Shown piece by piece: positions 39,623 to 48,698 of a stretch of 64,000 nucleotides of DNA. The notes beneath the pieces are model-generated. The model did no database searches. It had not been told where the DNA came from and saw nothing but the letters and a program-made list of their open reading frames with translations. Within the stretch, counting starts at the first letter, position 1. Every line of letters starts with the position of its first letter. The stretch is from Bdellovibrionota bacterium (lineage in GTDB: Bacteria > Bdellovibrionota_C > UBA2361 > JAAYZI01). Location of the stretch: assembly GCA_050950765.1 (NCBI GenBank), contig JBMNIF010000002.1:1120001-1184000 (forward strand). Direction: 5' to 3'. The position numbers were made by a program, and so were the translations under genes.

Positions 39623-40240
39623 TTATGCACAGTCTTCGTCTTCTGGAGCGGGAATATCGTAAGAAGATCCTTGAATCCCTACGCCCGTACCGTCATCAAA
39701 CGATATTGTTAAGGAGCCACCGCCGAGCTGTTTGGCGAGAGATTCCCCAAGGAAGTCGAGTTCTTCTAGGGATATGCCGTAACCTTTTGGGAGACGGAAT
39801 TCAACCGTTACATAGCGATAGTTTTCATCTGCGTAGACTTCAACGACAACCTGTTCGCACTTTGAGAATTTTTCGCTCAGTTCTCCTCCCACAAGGAAGG
39901 CGAGCTCTTCCGACGTTTTCTCATTGACGGAGGGACAATCTCTTAAGGTAATACAGTATTGATTGTACCCCACTCCCATTATGCAAAGATCGCGCGATTG
40001 CTTTGGAAACGAGTCCCCTTTAGAAGAGAAGAATTTCTTCTTGTCGGTGTAAATTCTTACCTCAATCTTGAGAGGGAAAGTTTCTCCGTTTACGTTAATC
40101 TCGAAAAGGAAATCGAAAACGGAAACTGTGGATTCGATAAGGTTCCCGCACCTATCAGGTTCACGTTCAATAACGGTCCTTTCCTTCCATCCTTTCAACG
40201 AGATTTGCTGATAGCAGCGTTTATCCAATTTATCAGGCAT
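39623..40240 (-). CDS. Cassette ORF, hypothetical acidic protein (205 aa)
   Basis: AAGGAGG RBS before ATG 40240; no recognisable motif. Confidence 0.75.
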   Translation of the reverse strand: MPDKLDKRCYQQISLKGWKERTVIEREPDRCGNLIESTVSVFDFLFEINVNGETFPLKIEVRIYTDKKKFFSSKGDSFPKQSRDLCIMGVGYNQYCITLRDCPSVNEKTSEELAFLVGGELSEKFSKCEQVVVEVYADENYRYVTVEFRLPKGYGISLEELDFLGESLAKQLGGGSLTISFDDGTGVGIQGSSYDIPAPEDEDCA

Positions 40241-40327
40241 TATAGTTATAGCCTCCTTGTATCACAGTTGTGAACACCGACTCGCTTTCGGATACGTAAT
40301 GATTAAGATATCACGTGATATCACCCT

Positions 40328-40384
40328 CCGATGAGTCGTCTCTATCAAGTTGTGAAAAAGAACTAAACAGAAACGACTCATCGG
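40328..40384 (-). promoter_or_regulatory. Conserved leader hairpin (copy 3)
   Basis: Same arms; the stem extends at the base by ct/ag. Confidence 0.8.
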
Positions 40385-40939
40385 AGAAGGAGTCCCTTTT
40401 GGAAAAAAAGGAGGACGAGCCCTATCGCTTTTAAACGTCAAATGGATACACTAAAAAAAATCCTTTATAAAAACCGATCTTCTACCCATTACCAAGCTCT
40501 TATCTTATAACTTATAAGTTTACACGATGGTTTATTTCTAAGCAAAAAAATCCACTCTTTTGACGTCTTTAAAAGCAAAAAATAATTAAAACCTTAGATA
40601 CTTTAGGACGGTAAGATGGTCATGAATAAACGTTTAAAATCACACCGTTGAAGAAGATAAGTTTATCACTTATTAAGGTAAGATGCCGATATAACAAGAG
40701 TTTGAGTGTAGATCTACGATATTCTTCCCCTCTGTTAAGGTATCTTAGCAAGAAGGTGCGGCGACGGCGTGGTCGTCTACGGAGAGAAGGAAAGATGAAA
40801 GTTCTTTTATTAGTAGTTTTATTGGGAGTGCAGTGCGATACGAAGGGATGCGCTTAATTTATCACTTACCACCACATTTTTTATAAAATACCCTTATTAT
40901 TTAATGTAGTAGGATCTTTCTTAGCAGGATTTTTTACCT

Positions 40940-41044
40940 CCTTTAGCACCTCTTCGATCTGGAAGGTGCAAAGTATGCAGTATTTACACTGATGGGAGCA
41001 GCCACGACCTTTAACACCTCTTCGATCTGGAAGGTGTAAAGTAT
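40940..41044. repeat. Two 37-nt hairpin-forming direct repeats with a 31-nt unique spacer
   Basis: ccttta(g/a)cacctcttcgatctggaaggtg(c/t)aaagtat at 40940 and 41008. Confidence 0.85.
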
Positions 41045-41254
41045 CTAATGGATACAGAGTATATGAAATTATGCGCTACCGTTTTGTTGCAAAATATAAG
41101 TGGCATCGGTGCTCCTCTCTGCGGGATAAGTTGTGCACCCTTTCTGTTAAGGTGATCTACAATACAGATAAGATATCATCCTTTTAGTAGAAAACTTGAT
41201 TTTTTAGTAAAAAAACGTACCCTGATTTTATTCTTAGAAACGGTAAGGAGGGGT

Positions 41255-42403
41255 GTGGATAAAGGGAATAATACTGCTCTGCAAAGTGGACAAAAGATAA
41301 TAGGGGGAGAAGATGACGCTTTTCTATCAGAGCAGATTATTACATACATCGGAAATAAGCGGGCGTTACTCGTCTTTATCGGAGAAGCGCTTGACGTTGT
41401 AAGGAAAGAGTTAAAAAAAGAGAAGATAGATCTCGTTGATGCTTTTTCCGGTTCGGGAGTGGTCTCAAGGTATTTTAAACAGTTTAGTGCAAACTTATTC
41501 AGTAACGATTTAGAAGCTTACTGTCAGACGATAAACCGCTGCTACTTAACAAATAAAGAAGATCTGGATTTCGAAGCTTTACATGCTCATTACGATGCGA
41601 TTACTGATAAACTTGAAAGACTGCCTCTAAAAAAAGGCTTTATTTCAGAGTTGTATGCACCGCAAAATGATGCGGCTATCAAAGAAAATGAGAGAGTTTT
41701 CTTTACCTGTCGTAATGCAAACTATATCGACACCTGTCGACAATATCTGGAAGATGTGCCGCAGCCGTATAAGGGTTTACTCCTTGCGCCTTTACTGTAT
41801 GAGGCATCTGTTCATAACAATACCTCTGGAGTTTTTAAAGGATTTTATAAAAACTCAAAAACGGGGATCGGTCAGTACGGAGGGAATGCACAAAACGCTT
41901 TAAGTAGAATAAAAAAAGAGATTAAGTTACCGCTACCGATCTTCAGTAACTTTAATTGTGCAGTGCATATACTTAAGGAAGATGCTGCCAAGCTTCCGCA
42001 TATTTTGCCCGCAACAGACCTCGTATATCTAGATCCGCCGTATAATCAACACCCTTACGGCTCAAACTATTTTATGCTTAATCTGATTAATTCTTATCAG
42101 AGACCGAAAAATATCAGTCGAGTTTCAGGCATTCCAAAAAAATGGAATAGATCAAGATATAATAAAAAAGCGGAATCCGCAGAAGCCTTAGCAACACTTT
42201 GTAACGAATTAAAAACAAAATATCTTCTGATATCATTTAATTCAGAAGGGTTTGTTAGCCTTGATGAGATGAAAAAAATCCTCAAAAAACAGGGCAAAGT
42301 AACTATCTTAGAAACTAAATACAACACCTTTAGAGGTTCTAGAAATCTTAGAGGGCGTAACCCGTATGTTAAAGAATATCTGTATCTCGTGAAAAAATAT
42401 TGA
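41255..42403 (+). CDS. DNA adenine methyltransferase (D12/alpha class), no neighbouring endonuclease
   Basis: YIGNKR, DAFSGSGVV (motif I), YLDPPY (motif IV), LISFN. Confidence 0.92.
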   Translation: MDKGNNTALQSGQKIIGGEDDAFLSEQIITYIGNKRALLVFIGEALDVVRKELKKEKIDLVDAFSGSGVVSRYFKQFSANLFSNDLEAYCQTINRCYLTNKEDLDFEALHAHYDAITDKLERLPLKKGFISELYAPQNDAAIKENERVFFTCRNANYIDTCRQYLEDVPQPYKGLLLAPLLYEASVHNNTSGVFKGFYKNSKTGIGQYGGNAQNALSRIKKEIKLPLPIFSNFNCAVHILKEDAAKLPHILPATDLVYLDPPYNQHPYGSNYFMLNLINSYQRPKNISRVSGIPKKWNRSRYNKKAESAEALATLCNELKTKYLLISFNSEGFVSLDEMKKILKKQGKVTILETKYNTFRGSRNLRGRNPYVKEYLYLVKKY

Positions 42404-42494
42404 GGTTGCTACCTTCCTAGCTTTCTAGCCGAGACTCTTTTTAAAAAGTAAGCGATTAGCCTTCCATCTTTTTGACGTGCTTATAGTTTCAAAA

Positions 42495-42630
42495 TTCCTA
42501 GCTTAGGTGAGGGTGAGGTTTCTATTTAGGGAGGGACAAGGTTTCTAGCTTAGGTGAGGATAAAGTTTCTACTTAGGGGAGGATAAAGTTTCTAAGTTAG
42601 GTGAGGGAGGGTAAAACTTTTAGTTGAGGG
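42495..42630. repeat. Degenerate ~23-bp tandem repeat, ~5-6 copies
   Basis: tttctagcttaggtgaggataaag-like units between convergent genes. Confidence 0.7.
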
Positions 42631-42744
42631 GTGGGACACCAATTCCACTTAGAAAGCTTCCTTTAGAAGCTCTTATAAAAAGGAAAGGTACAAAAGGAGT
42701 TAAAAAAGTTTTAGCTGCTTTAGAAAAGAGTTAGAGAGGGGAGG

Positions 42745-44313
42745 TTAATTGCTGCGCAGATAAACCGATACCGTTGTGCCCTCCTCTTCTTTACTCTCAA
42801 TAGTGATCCCACCTTTTAAGTTTTGAACGATGGCAAAAACAGAAGATAGCCCAAGCCCTTCGCCGTTTAAGCCGAGTCCAGATCTCTTGTCTAAGTTCTT
42901 AGTCGTAAAGAAAGGAGCAAAACAGTGCGCTTTCTTTTCGGAGGAGATGCCGACACCTGTGTCTCTGATTTTAAGTAGCGCATACCTTCCAGCAGGAAGA
43001 TCTTCAACCTGAAGGTCAGTAAGGGTAATCTCATCAGTAATAACGGTGATATTACCGTGAGAAGTTGCTTCTTCCGCATTTTTTAATAGTGCACTAATGA
43101 TAGAAACAAGCTCTTCATGCGAAGCGATGACGGGCGGTGGTGCACCGAAAGAGATAATCAACTTCGGTGCTGCTGAAGGTGGTGTAATTAAATTTTGTTG
43201 ATTTTGCACGGCTGCTAATAAAGCAGTGTTTAGGTCAGCTGTTATAACGTTTGAGGTCTCCGCTTGATACATCTTTGAAAGTTGTTTTGCAATGCGCGCA
43301 CCGTTCTTAATACTTTCCTGAATAGCTTGTGCTGCTTCTCGTACTAACGTAGCGTTGTCAGAAGCCGCTTCAATAACGGCAGCTTGCCCTAGCACCGCTT
43401 GCAAGCTGTTGTTAATGTTGTGAGAAACTCCCGCTGCTAGTAGACGAATCTCATTAAGGCGTTGCAGATTTTGTAGCCGCTTTTCAACTTCTATGGCTTT
43501 GCTGATATCGAAAACGGTAACAATAACGGTAGCACCTATTGAGGCGGTGTCACGTAGTGCAGAGATCGTGACTAAGTAATTACTTTCATCTATAACGACT
43601 CTAGTTTGCGAGGTTTCAACTTCGTTGCTTAAAACTCGGTTTATTGCGGTTGAAAAGTGATCTTTTTGCACCTTGTCATTAAAACACTCCAGAAAGGAGT
43701 GCCCGACCTGAAAAAGAACACGCTTAAAATCAGGGTCGCCAAAATTAAAATCACTTAACGCCTCAGGTATTGCAAGGGTTTTGATAATAGCGGAGGCATC
43801 CAGCATAACAACTTCTAACGGAAGGGCAGTAAGGATCTTTTGGGTGGCACGTCTCTCTACTTCAATACTACTCTCTGCCAGAACGGCGGGTGGAGTAGGA
43901 TAGACCTTCTTTGGAGGTGCTTTTTCTAACTCCGAAATATCTAAGATAAACCCCTCTAAGAGATCTTCATCAGAGGAGAATCCAGCACGACAATATAGGA
44001 GGTGTGTTTTGTGATCTTGTGGTGAAATCCAGCGGTAAGAAGTTGTGTAGGGGGTGTGGTGCGCGATAGCGCCGTTAAAACTTCCTAAGACACGCATTAA
44101 ATCTTGATGATGGACATGACGGAAAAGAATATTACCGCCCGTCATGATATCGGCATCAGTTACACCTAAAACTCTCTCGGCGTTATCACTCCACGAGATA
44201 ACGCGTTGACTCTCTAAGGAATAAGAGAACAAAAAAAGGTGCGTTGTGTTGATTAACAGCCTTGCTAAAGGCGTATGTACTGCATTTTGGTTCGTCATAA
44301 CCGAACAATCCAT
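42745..44313 (-). CDS. PAS-domain sensor histidine kinase
   Basis: PAS-like VHHQD; H-box AGVSHNINNSL; N-box LLKNA.EA; DTGVG; F.PFFTTK; GLGL. Confidence 0.9.
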   Translation of the reverse strand: MDCSVMTNQNAVHTPLARLLINTTHLFLFSYSLESQRVISWSDNAERVLGVTDADIMTGGNILFRHVHHQDLMRVLGSFNGAIAHHTPYTTSYRWISPQDHKTHLLYCRAGFSSDEDLLEGFILDISELEKAPPKKVYPTPPAVLAESSIEVERRATQKILTALPLEVVMLDASAIIKTLAIPEALSDFNFGDPDFKRVLFQVGHSFLECFNDKVQKDHFSTAINRVLSNEVETSQTRVVIDESNYLVTISALRDTASIGATVIVTVFDISKAIEVEKRLQNLQRLNEIRLLAAGVSHNINNSLQAVLGQAAVIEAASDNATLVREAAQAIQESIKNGARIAKQLSKMYQAETSNVITADLNTALLAAVQNQQNLITPPSAAPKLIISFGAPPPVIASHEELVSIISALLKNAEEATSHGNITVITDEITLTDLQVEDLPAGRYALLKIRDTGVGISSEKKAHCFAPFFTTKNLDKRSGLGLNGEGLGLSSVFAIVQNLKGGITIESKEEEGTTVSVYLRSN

Positions 44314-44356
44314 AACTAAACATCAGATTATGGCTAAAACTTTCAAAAACAAAAAG

Positions 44357-44472
44357 TAAAATTTTTATCAGTGTAATTCAAGTAAAAGATCGGAAATTAA
44401 AACTTTCAAGGTACGAGTAAAAAAACTTTTATCACCGTAATTTAAACATAAAGATCGAAAATTAAAATTTTT
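44357..44472. repeat. ~64-bp imperfect direct repeat upstream of the histidine kinase gene
   Basis: ttttatca..gtaatt.aa..taaagatcg.aaattaaaa occurs twice. Confidence 0.6.
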
Positions 44473-44651
44473 GAAAGAAGGGTAAGAAATTTTTATGGGT
44501 GCAACTTAAGTGAGAAAGTGGAGGGTTAAAGGTTAGAAAAAATAAAAAACCTAATTCTGGAACAGTGTTAGTATATAAAACCGTTTCAAAATAATAGATA
44601 TTTATGCTAAGAATACAAAGTTGCGCTATCCGCTTGGCTCTCTCCACACTT

Positions 44652-44903
44652 TTTACCTCTCCAAGGTAGAAAAGCGAGGGTGGCTTTTAGCTTCTTTGAC
44701 CTCACCAAGGTAAGAAAACAAGGGTGGCTTTTAGCTTCTTTGTCCTCACCAAGGTAAGAAAACAAGGGTGGCTTTTAGCTTCTTTGTCCTCACCAAGGTA
44801 GGAAAGCGAGGGTAATTTTATGCTCCCTTTTACCTCACCAAGGTAAGAAAACAAGGGTGGCTTTTAGCTTCTTTGTCCTCATCAAGGTGAAAAAACAGGG
44901 GTG
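44652..44903. repeat. 44-bp tandem repeat, ~5.5 copies
   Basis: ccaaggtaagaaaacaagggtggcttttagcttctttgtcctca-like units at 44661, 44705, 44749, 44793 and 44838, partial at 44882. Confidence 0.92.
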
Positions 44904-45015
44904 ACGCTTAAAGAAGCTTAGTCATTTTTCCTTTAGCGAGATGGTGTTTTTTTTTGAATGGTTCATGATTTTTAAGAAGATAGAGGTATAAAAACGAGGT
45001 GAAATAACTTGCGTT

Positions 45016-46116
45016 ATGAAGATAGGAATTCTCGGAACAAGAGGGGTGCCAGCACGCTACGGAGGGTTTGAAACTTTCGCTGAGGAGCTGGGAAAACGAC
45101 TGGTAAAACGGGGACACGAGGTTACCGTTTATTGCAGACGACGTTTTAATGAAAAAGATCAGAAAGGGGATGAATACAAAGGTATAAAAAGGGTGGTCTT
45201 ACCTGCGCCGCATCATAAATATCTAGAAACCCCTGTGCATACCCTCTTTAGTTTTATCCATCTCTTTAAAAATCGAGTTGATGTGGTGTTGCTCTGTAAC
45301 GCTGCTAATAGCCCTATGGCGTGGCTGGGACGTTTGGCGGGAATACCGTTAGTGATAAACGTTGACGGTATCGAACGACGCCGCAAGAAGTGGAACGCTT
45401 TGGGGAGACTTTGGTACAGATTGGGAGAGTTCTGCTCCGTGCTGTTTGCGAATCGAATAGTGTCAGATGCTGATGTTATCGCAGAGTATTATCAGGAGAG
45501 GTATAAAGCTGACTCAACGATCATCCGCTACGGTGCGGAAGATGTCTCTGAGTGTAATGAACAGGTGCTTAGTTTATATAAACTAACTCCGCAAAAGTAC
45601 CTGCTTTATGTTTCAAGGCTCGAACCTGAAAATAATGCCTTAGGGGTGATTCAAGCGTATCAGATGATAGATAGTGATATGCCACTGGTAGTGGTTGGGG
45701 ATGCTCCGTATGCTACTGACTATATTAATAGTTTGAGAGAGATAGCTGGACCAAACGTGATCTTTATGGGCTACCGTTTCGGCGATGATTATAAAGCATT
45801 AGGGAAGAATTGTTACGCTTATATTCAAGCTACTGAGGTTGGGGGGACTCACCCCGCTCTGGTTGAAGCTATGGCGCGGGGAAACTGTATCGTTGCTAAT
45901 GATGTACCTGAACATCGAGAGGTGCTGCTAGATACTGGAGTCTTATACCGCTTTAATGATTTTAAAGATTTAGCTGAAAAACTTGAAATGTTATTAAAAA
46001 ATCCTGAAATCGTTAAAAACTTCAAATCGTTAGCAAGTAAGAGAGCACAGCAGGTCTTCAGCTGGGATACCATTACGGATCAATATGAAGAGCTCTTTAA
46101 AGAAGTGGTCAGATAA
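45016..46116 (+). CDS. Glycosyltransferase family 4 (DUF1972-type N-terminus)
   Basis: GTRGVPARYGGFETFAE, NVDGIE, RLEPENN, VGGTHPALVEAMA. Confidence 0.9.
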   Translation: MKIGILGTRGVPARYGGFETFAEELGKRLVKRGHEVTVYCRRRFNEKDQKGDEYKGIKRVVLPAPHHKYLETPVHTLFSFIHLFKNRVDVVLLCNAANSPMAWLGRLAGIPLVINVDGIERRRKKWNALGRLWYRLGEFCSVLFANRIVSDADVIAEYYQERYKADSTIIRYGAEDVSECNEQVLSLYKLTPQKYLLYVSRLEPENNALGVIQAYQMIDSDMPLVVVGDAPYATDYINSLREIAGPNVIFMGYRFGDDYKALGKNCYAYIQATEVGGTHPALVEAMARGNCIVANDVPEHREVLLDTGVLYRFNDFKDLAEKLEMLLKNPEIVKNFKSLASKRAQQVFSWDTITDQYEELFKEVVR

Positions 46117-46393
46117 CTACCTGAAAAATAACTACTTTTTGTTGTGCGGGAGGGGCTGTTTTTTTGGGGAGCGCTTAAGTTAGCATAAAAATCAGATTGT
46201 GCTAAACTACGATTCTTTGAACGGAGAATTAAGTTACGGCTTGATAGTTATTTTTTACCGGTTAGCGTTTAATCTTTTCCGTTGTGTTGAGCAACTTTTA
46301 ACGATTTTTCGGTTAATCTTTTCCGTTCCGTTGAACAACTTTTAACGGTGTTTAAAAACGCAAACCTTATAACTTTCGAAGGGTAAAGATATT

Positions 46394-47392
46394 ATGGATT
46401 CTATTTCCGGCGTGTCAGTAGTGGTTCCGCTCTACAATGAAGAAGACAATGTCGTCATTGTATATGAGGAGCTTTCAAGCGTTATGAAAAGCATGCAGTG
46501 TCGTTATGAGTTAATCTTTGTTGACGACGGTTCAAGTGATCAAACCTTACCAAATTTAATTAAAGCAGCTGCCGGAGATCCCTTTTTGCGGATTATAGAG
46601 TTTCGTAGAAATTTCGGACAGACCGCTGCTATGGCAGCAGGTTTAGAGCATTCCCGTTATAATGTCGTGGTGACGATGGATGGTGATCTGCAAAATGATC
46701 CACATGAGATCCCACGCATGGTTTCTAAACTTAATGAAGGTTACGATCTGGTGGCTGGTTGGCGTAAGGACAGAAAAGATGCCTTTATCAATCGCAGATT
46801 GCCGAGCATGATCGCTAACTGGACTATCTCTAAATCTACGGGGGTTAAATTACATGATTACGGTTGTTCCCTCAAAGTTATGACGGGAGAGCTGGCGCGC
46901 GGATTAAGATTGTACGGAGAGATGCACCGCTTTATTCCAGCATTGGCTAATCAGATCGGCGCTAAAATAGTGGAGATGCCCGTTAATCATCGACCTAGAA
47001 TTCACGGTAAAACAAAGTACGGCATCTCGAGAACGATTAGAGTGATCCTTGATCTGATTACAGTTAAATTTTTACTCGGATACGCCAAACGTCCGATCCA
47101 CCTTTTTGGTTCCGTAGGTTTCTTAAGCGCTGGCTTGGGAGGCTTGCTCTTGGTGTATATGATGTTTCAGAAATTTTTTCTCCATGTTCCGATGGGGAAT
47201 CGTCCGTTATTGATGCTGGCTGTGATGATGGTTATCGTCGGAATGCAGTTTATCGTATTCGGATTGTTAGCGGAGGTTCTTGCTAGAACGTATTATGAGT
47301 CTCAAAACAAGCGCACTTATGTTGTAAGACGTTATATTGAAAATAAACACGACGAAGAAGAACGTTTAAAGGCTGTTGGGGGTGATAATTAA
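46394..47392 (+). CDS. Glycosyltransferase family 2 (polyprenol-phosphate glycosyltransferase-like)
   Basis: VVPLYNEE, VDDGS.D, RNFGQTAA, MDGDLQNDP; two C-terminal TMs. Confidence 0.92.
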   Translation: MDSISGVSVVVPLYNEEDNVVIVYEELSSVMKSMQCRYELIFVDDGSSDQTLPNLIKAAAGDPFLRIIEFRRNFGQTAAMAAGLEHSRYNVVVTMDGDLQNDPHEIPRMVSKLNEGYDLVAGWRKDRKDAFINRRLPSMIANWTISKSTGVKLHDYGCSLKVMTGELARGLRLYGEMHRFIPALANQIGAKIVEMPVNHRPRIHGKTKYGISRTIRVILDLITVKFLLGYAKRPIHLFGSVGFLSAGLGGLLLVYMMFQKFFLHVPMGNRPLLMLAVMMVIVGMQFIVFGLLAEVLARTYYESQNKRTYVVRRYIENKHDEEERLKAVGGDN

Positions 47393-47394
47393 TC

Positions 47395-48624
47395 GTGGGA
47401 AAGTGTAACGCCGCACAAATTTCAGACGGTGAAGTTGCGCCTACTTGTGTTGTGAAAAAAAAGCAGCGGGTGCTACTGGATGCAAGAAAGATCTGGGATG
47501 GTGGAATCGGTGTTTATACACAAAATTTAATAACGGGGCTCTCTGAAGTAGCAGAGATTGAGTTGTCAATTCTGGTGCCGTCAAAGATCTGTAATAGCGC
47601 AGAATTCGCTACTTATCCGTGGTTGGATAGGGTGAAGGTTGTAGTAGAAGATGCTAAGCCGTATTCTTTGGAGGAGATGTTTAAACTTGGAAAACGGATT
47701 ACTTCCGATAAGTATGATCTCTATCACTCTCCACACTACACATTGCCGTTGGGGATAAAGATTCCGACAGTAGTGACTATTCATGATCTGATCCATATTA
47801 AGCATCCAGAGAAGGTTTATTATCCGTTTATCGCTACTCCACTAATCGTTTCAGCCTTAAAGCGATCTTCACGCGTTTTGACTGTAAGTCAATCGACCTT
47901 AAACGACCTTAAACGGCTCTGCCCCCTTCCAAGTGTTACGAGAAAATTACGTCTTGCTCCAAATGCGATAAATCCTGCTTTCTTAGCAGAGTGTAAAAAT
48001 CCTAATGAATATCTCGGGAATAAGTTTAAATTGACCTCACCGTATTTTCTCTCCGTCTTTTCAACGTTAAAGCCACATAAAGGGATTAACGATCTTTTGC
48101 AAGCTTTCTTAGCATTAAAAAAACGCTCTAATGCTATTGGAGGTGCTTACGCTAAGGCTTGCAATGATTTTAAGTTGGTTTTAGTCGGGCAGGGCATGGA
48201 ATCTTTGCCAAGTATGGACACGCTGCTTGAACAGGTTGGAGGTGCTAAAGATGTTTTTGTTTTAGGTGCTGTCAGTACTGAAGACCTCTTAAATTTATAT
48301 TCTGGTGCTACCGCATTGGTTGTGCCGTCATTGGCGGAGGGGTTCGGACTGCCTGTGATCGAAGCGCAAGCACAAGGAACTCCCGTTATCTCAAGACCGA
48401 TTCCATCAGTGCTGGAGCTACTGTCGAAACATGATATCGCTTGTGCTGATTTTTCAAAAGACGCTCTGGAAGCAGGGCTGACTACTTTTATTGAGCGGTA
48501 TGCCTGCGGTGAGTATGTGGATCCGCTTTTTGATGTTGCGGATAAGATGAAGCGCTTTAATATTGCTGAGATAGCTAAAACTATCTCATTCGTATATGAA
48601 GAAGCTGTACTTCAAAAACGTTAA
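47395..48624 (+). CDS. Glycosyltransferase family 4
   Basis: GGIGVY, VVTIHDLI, KPHKG, EGFGLPVIEA. Confidence 0.9.
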   Translation: MGKCNAAQISDGEVAPTCVVKKKQRVLLDARKIWDGGIGVYTQNLITGLSEVAEIELSILVPSKICNSAEFATYPWLDRVKVVVEDAKPYSLEEMFKLGKRITSDKYDLYHSPHYTLPLGIKIPTVVTIHDLIHIKHPEKVYYPFIATPLIVSALKRSSRVLTVSQSTLNDLKRLCPLPSVTRKLRLAPNAINPAFLAECKNPNEYLGNKFKLTSPYFLSVFSTLKPHKGINDLLQAFLALKKRSNAIGGAYAKACNDFKLVLVGQGMESLPSMDTLLEQVGGAKDVFVLGAVSTEDLLNLYSGATALVVPSLAEGFGLPVIEAQAQGTPVISRPIPSVLELLSKHDIACADFSKDALEAGLTTFIERYACGEYVDPLFDVADKMKRFNIAEIAKTISFVYEEAVLQKR

Positions 48625-48698
48625 AAGTTACTATTTTCGGTTGTAGCGCTTTTTTAATAATTAACAGCCGTTTTTTACGGTTTTTTCTTGTTGATCAG

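Larger units (their letters stand above)
37301..40550 (-). other. Array of three cassettes: conserved structured leader, variable ORF, conserved trailer
   Basis: ~620-nt inter-ORF block repeated at ~37955-38545 and ~39019-39615, with partial copies at 37301-37520 and 40307-40550. Confidence 0.9.

Noticed and set aside
37301..40550. Classical integron, retron or DGR
   Set aside because: No RYYYAAC/GTTRRRY-bounded attC was recognised, there is no integrase or reverse transcriptase in the window, and there is no adenine-specific TR/VR pair.
40648..40857. 69-aa basic ORF
   Set aside because: TTG start, no clear RBS and no recognisable features; not supportable.
44652..44903. CRISPR interpretation of the 44-bp repeat
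   Set aside because: Units are contiguous with no unique spacers.
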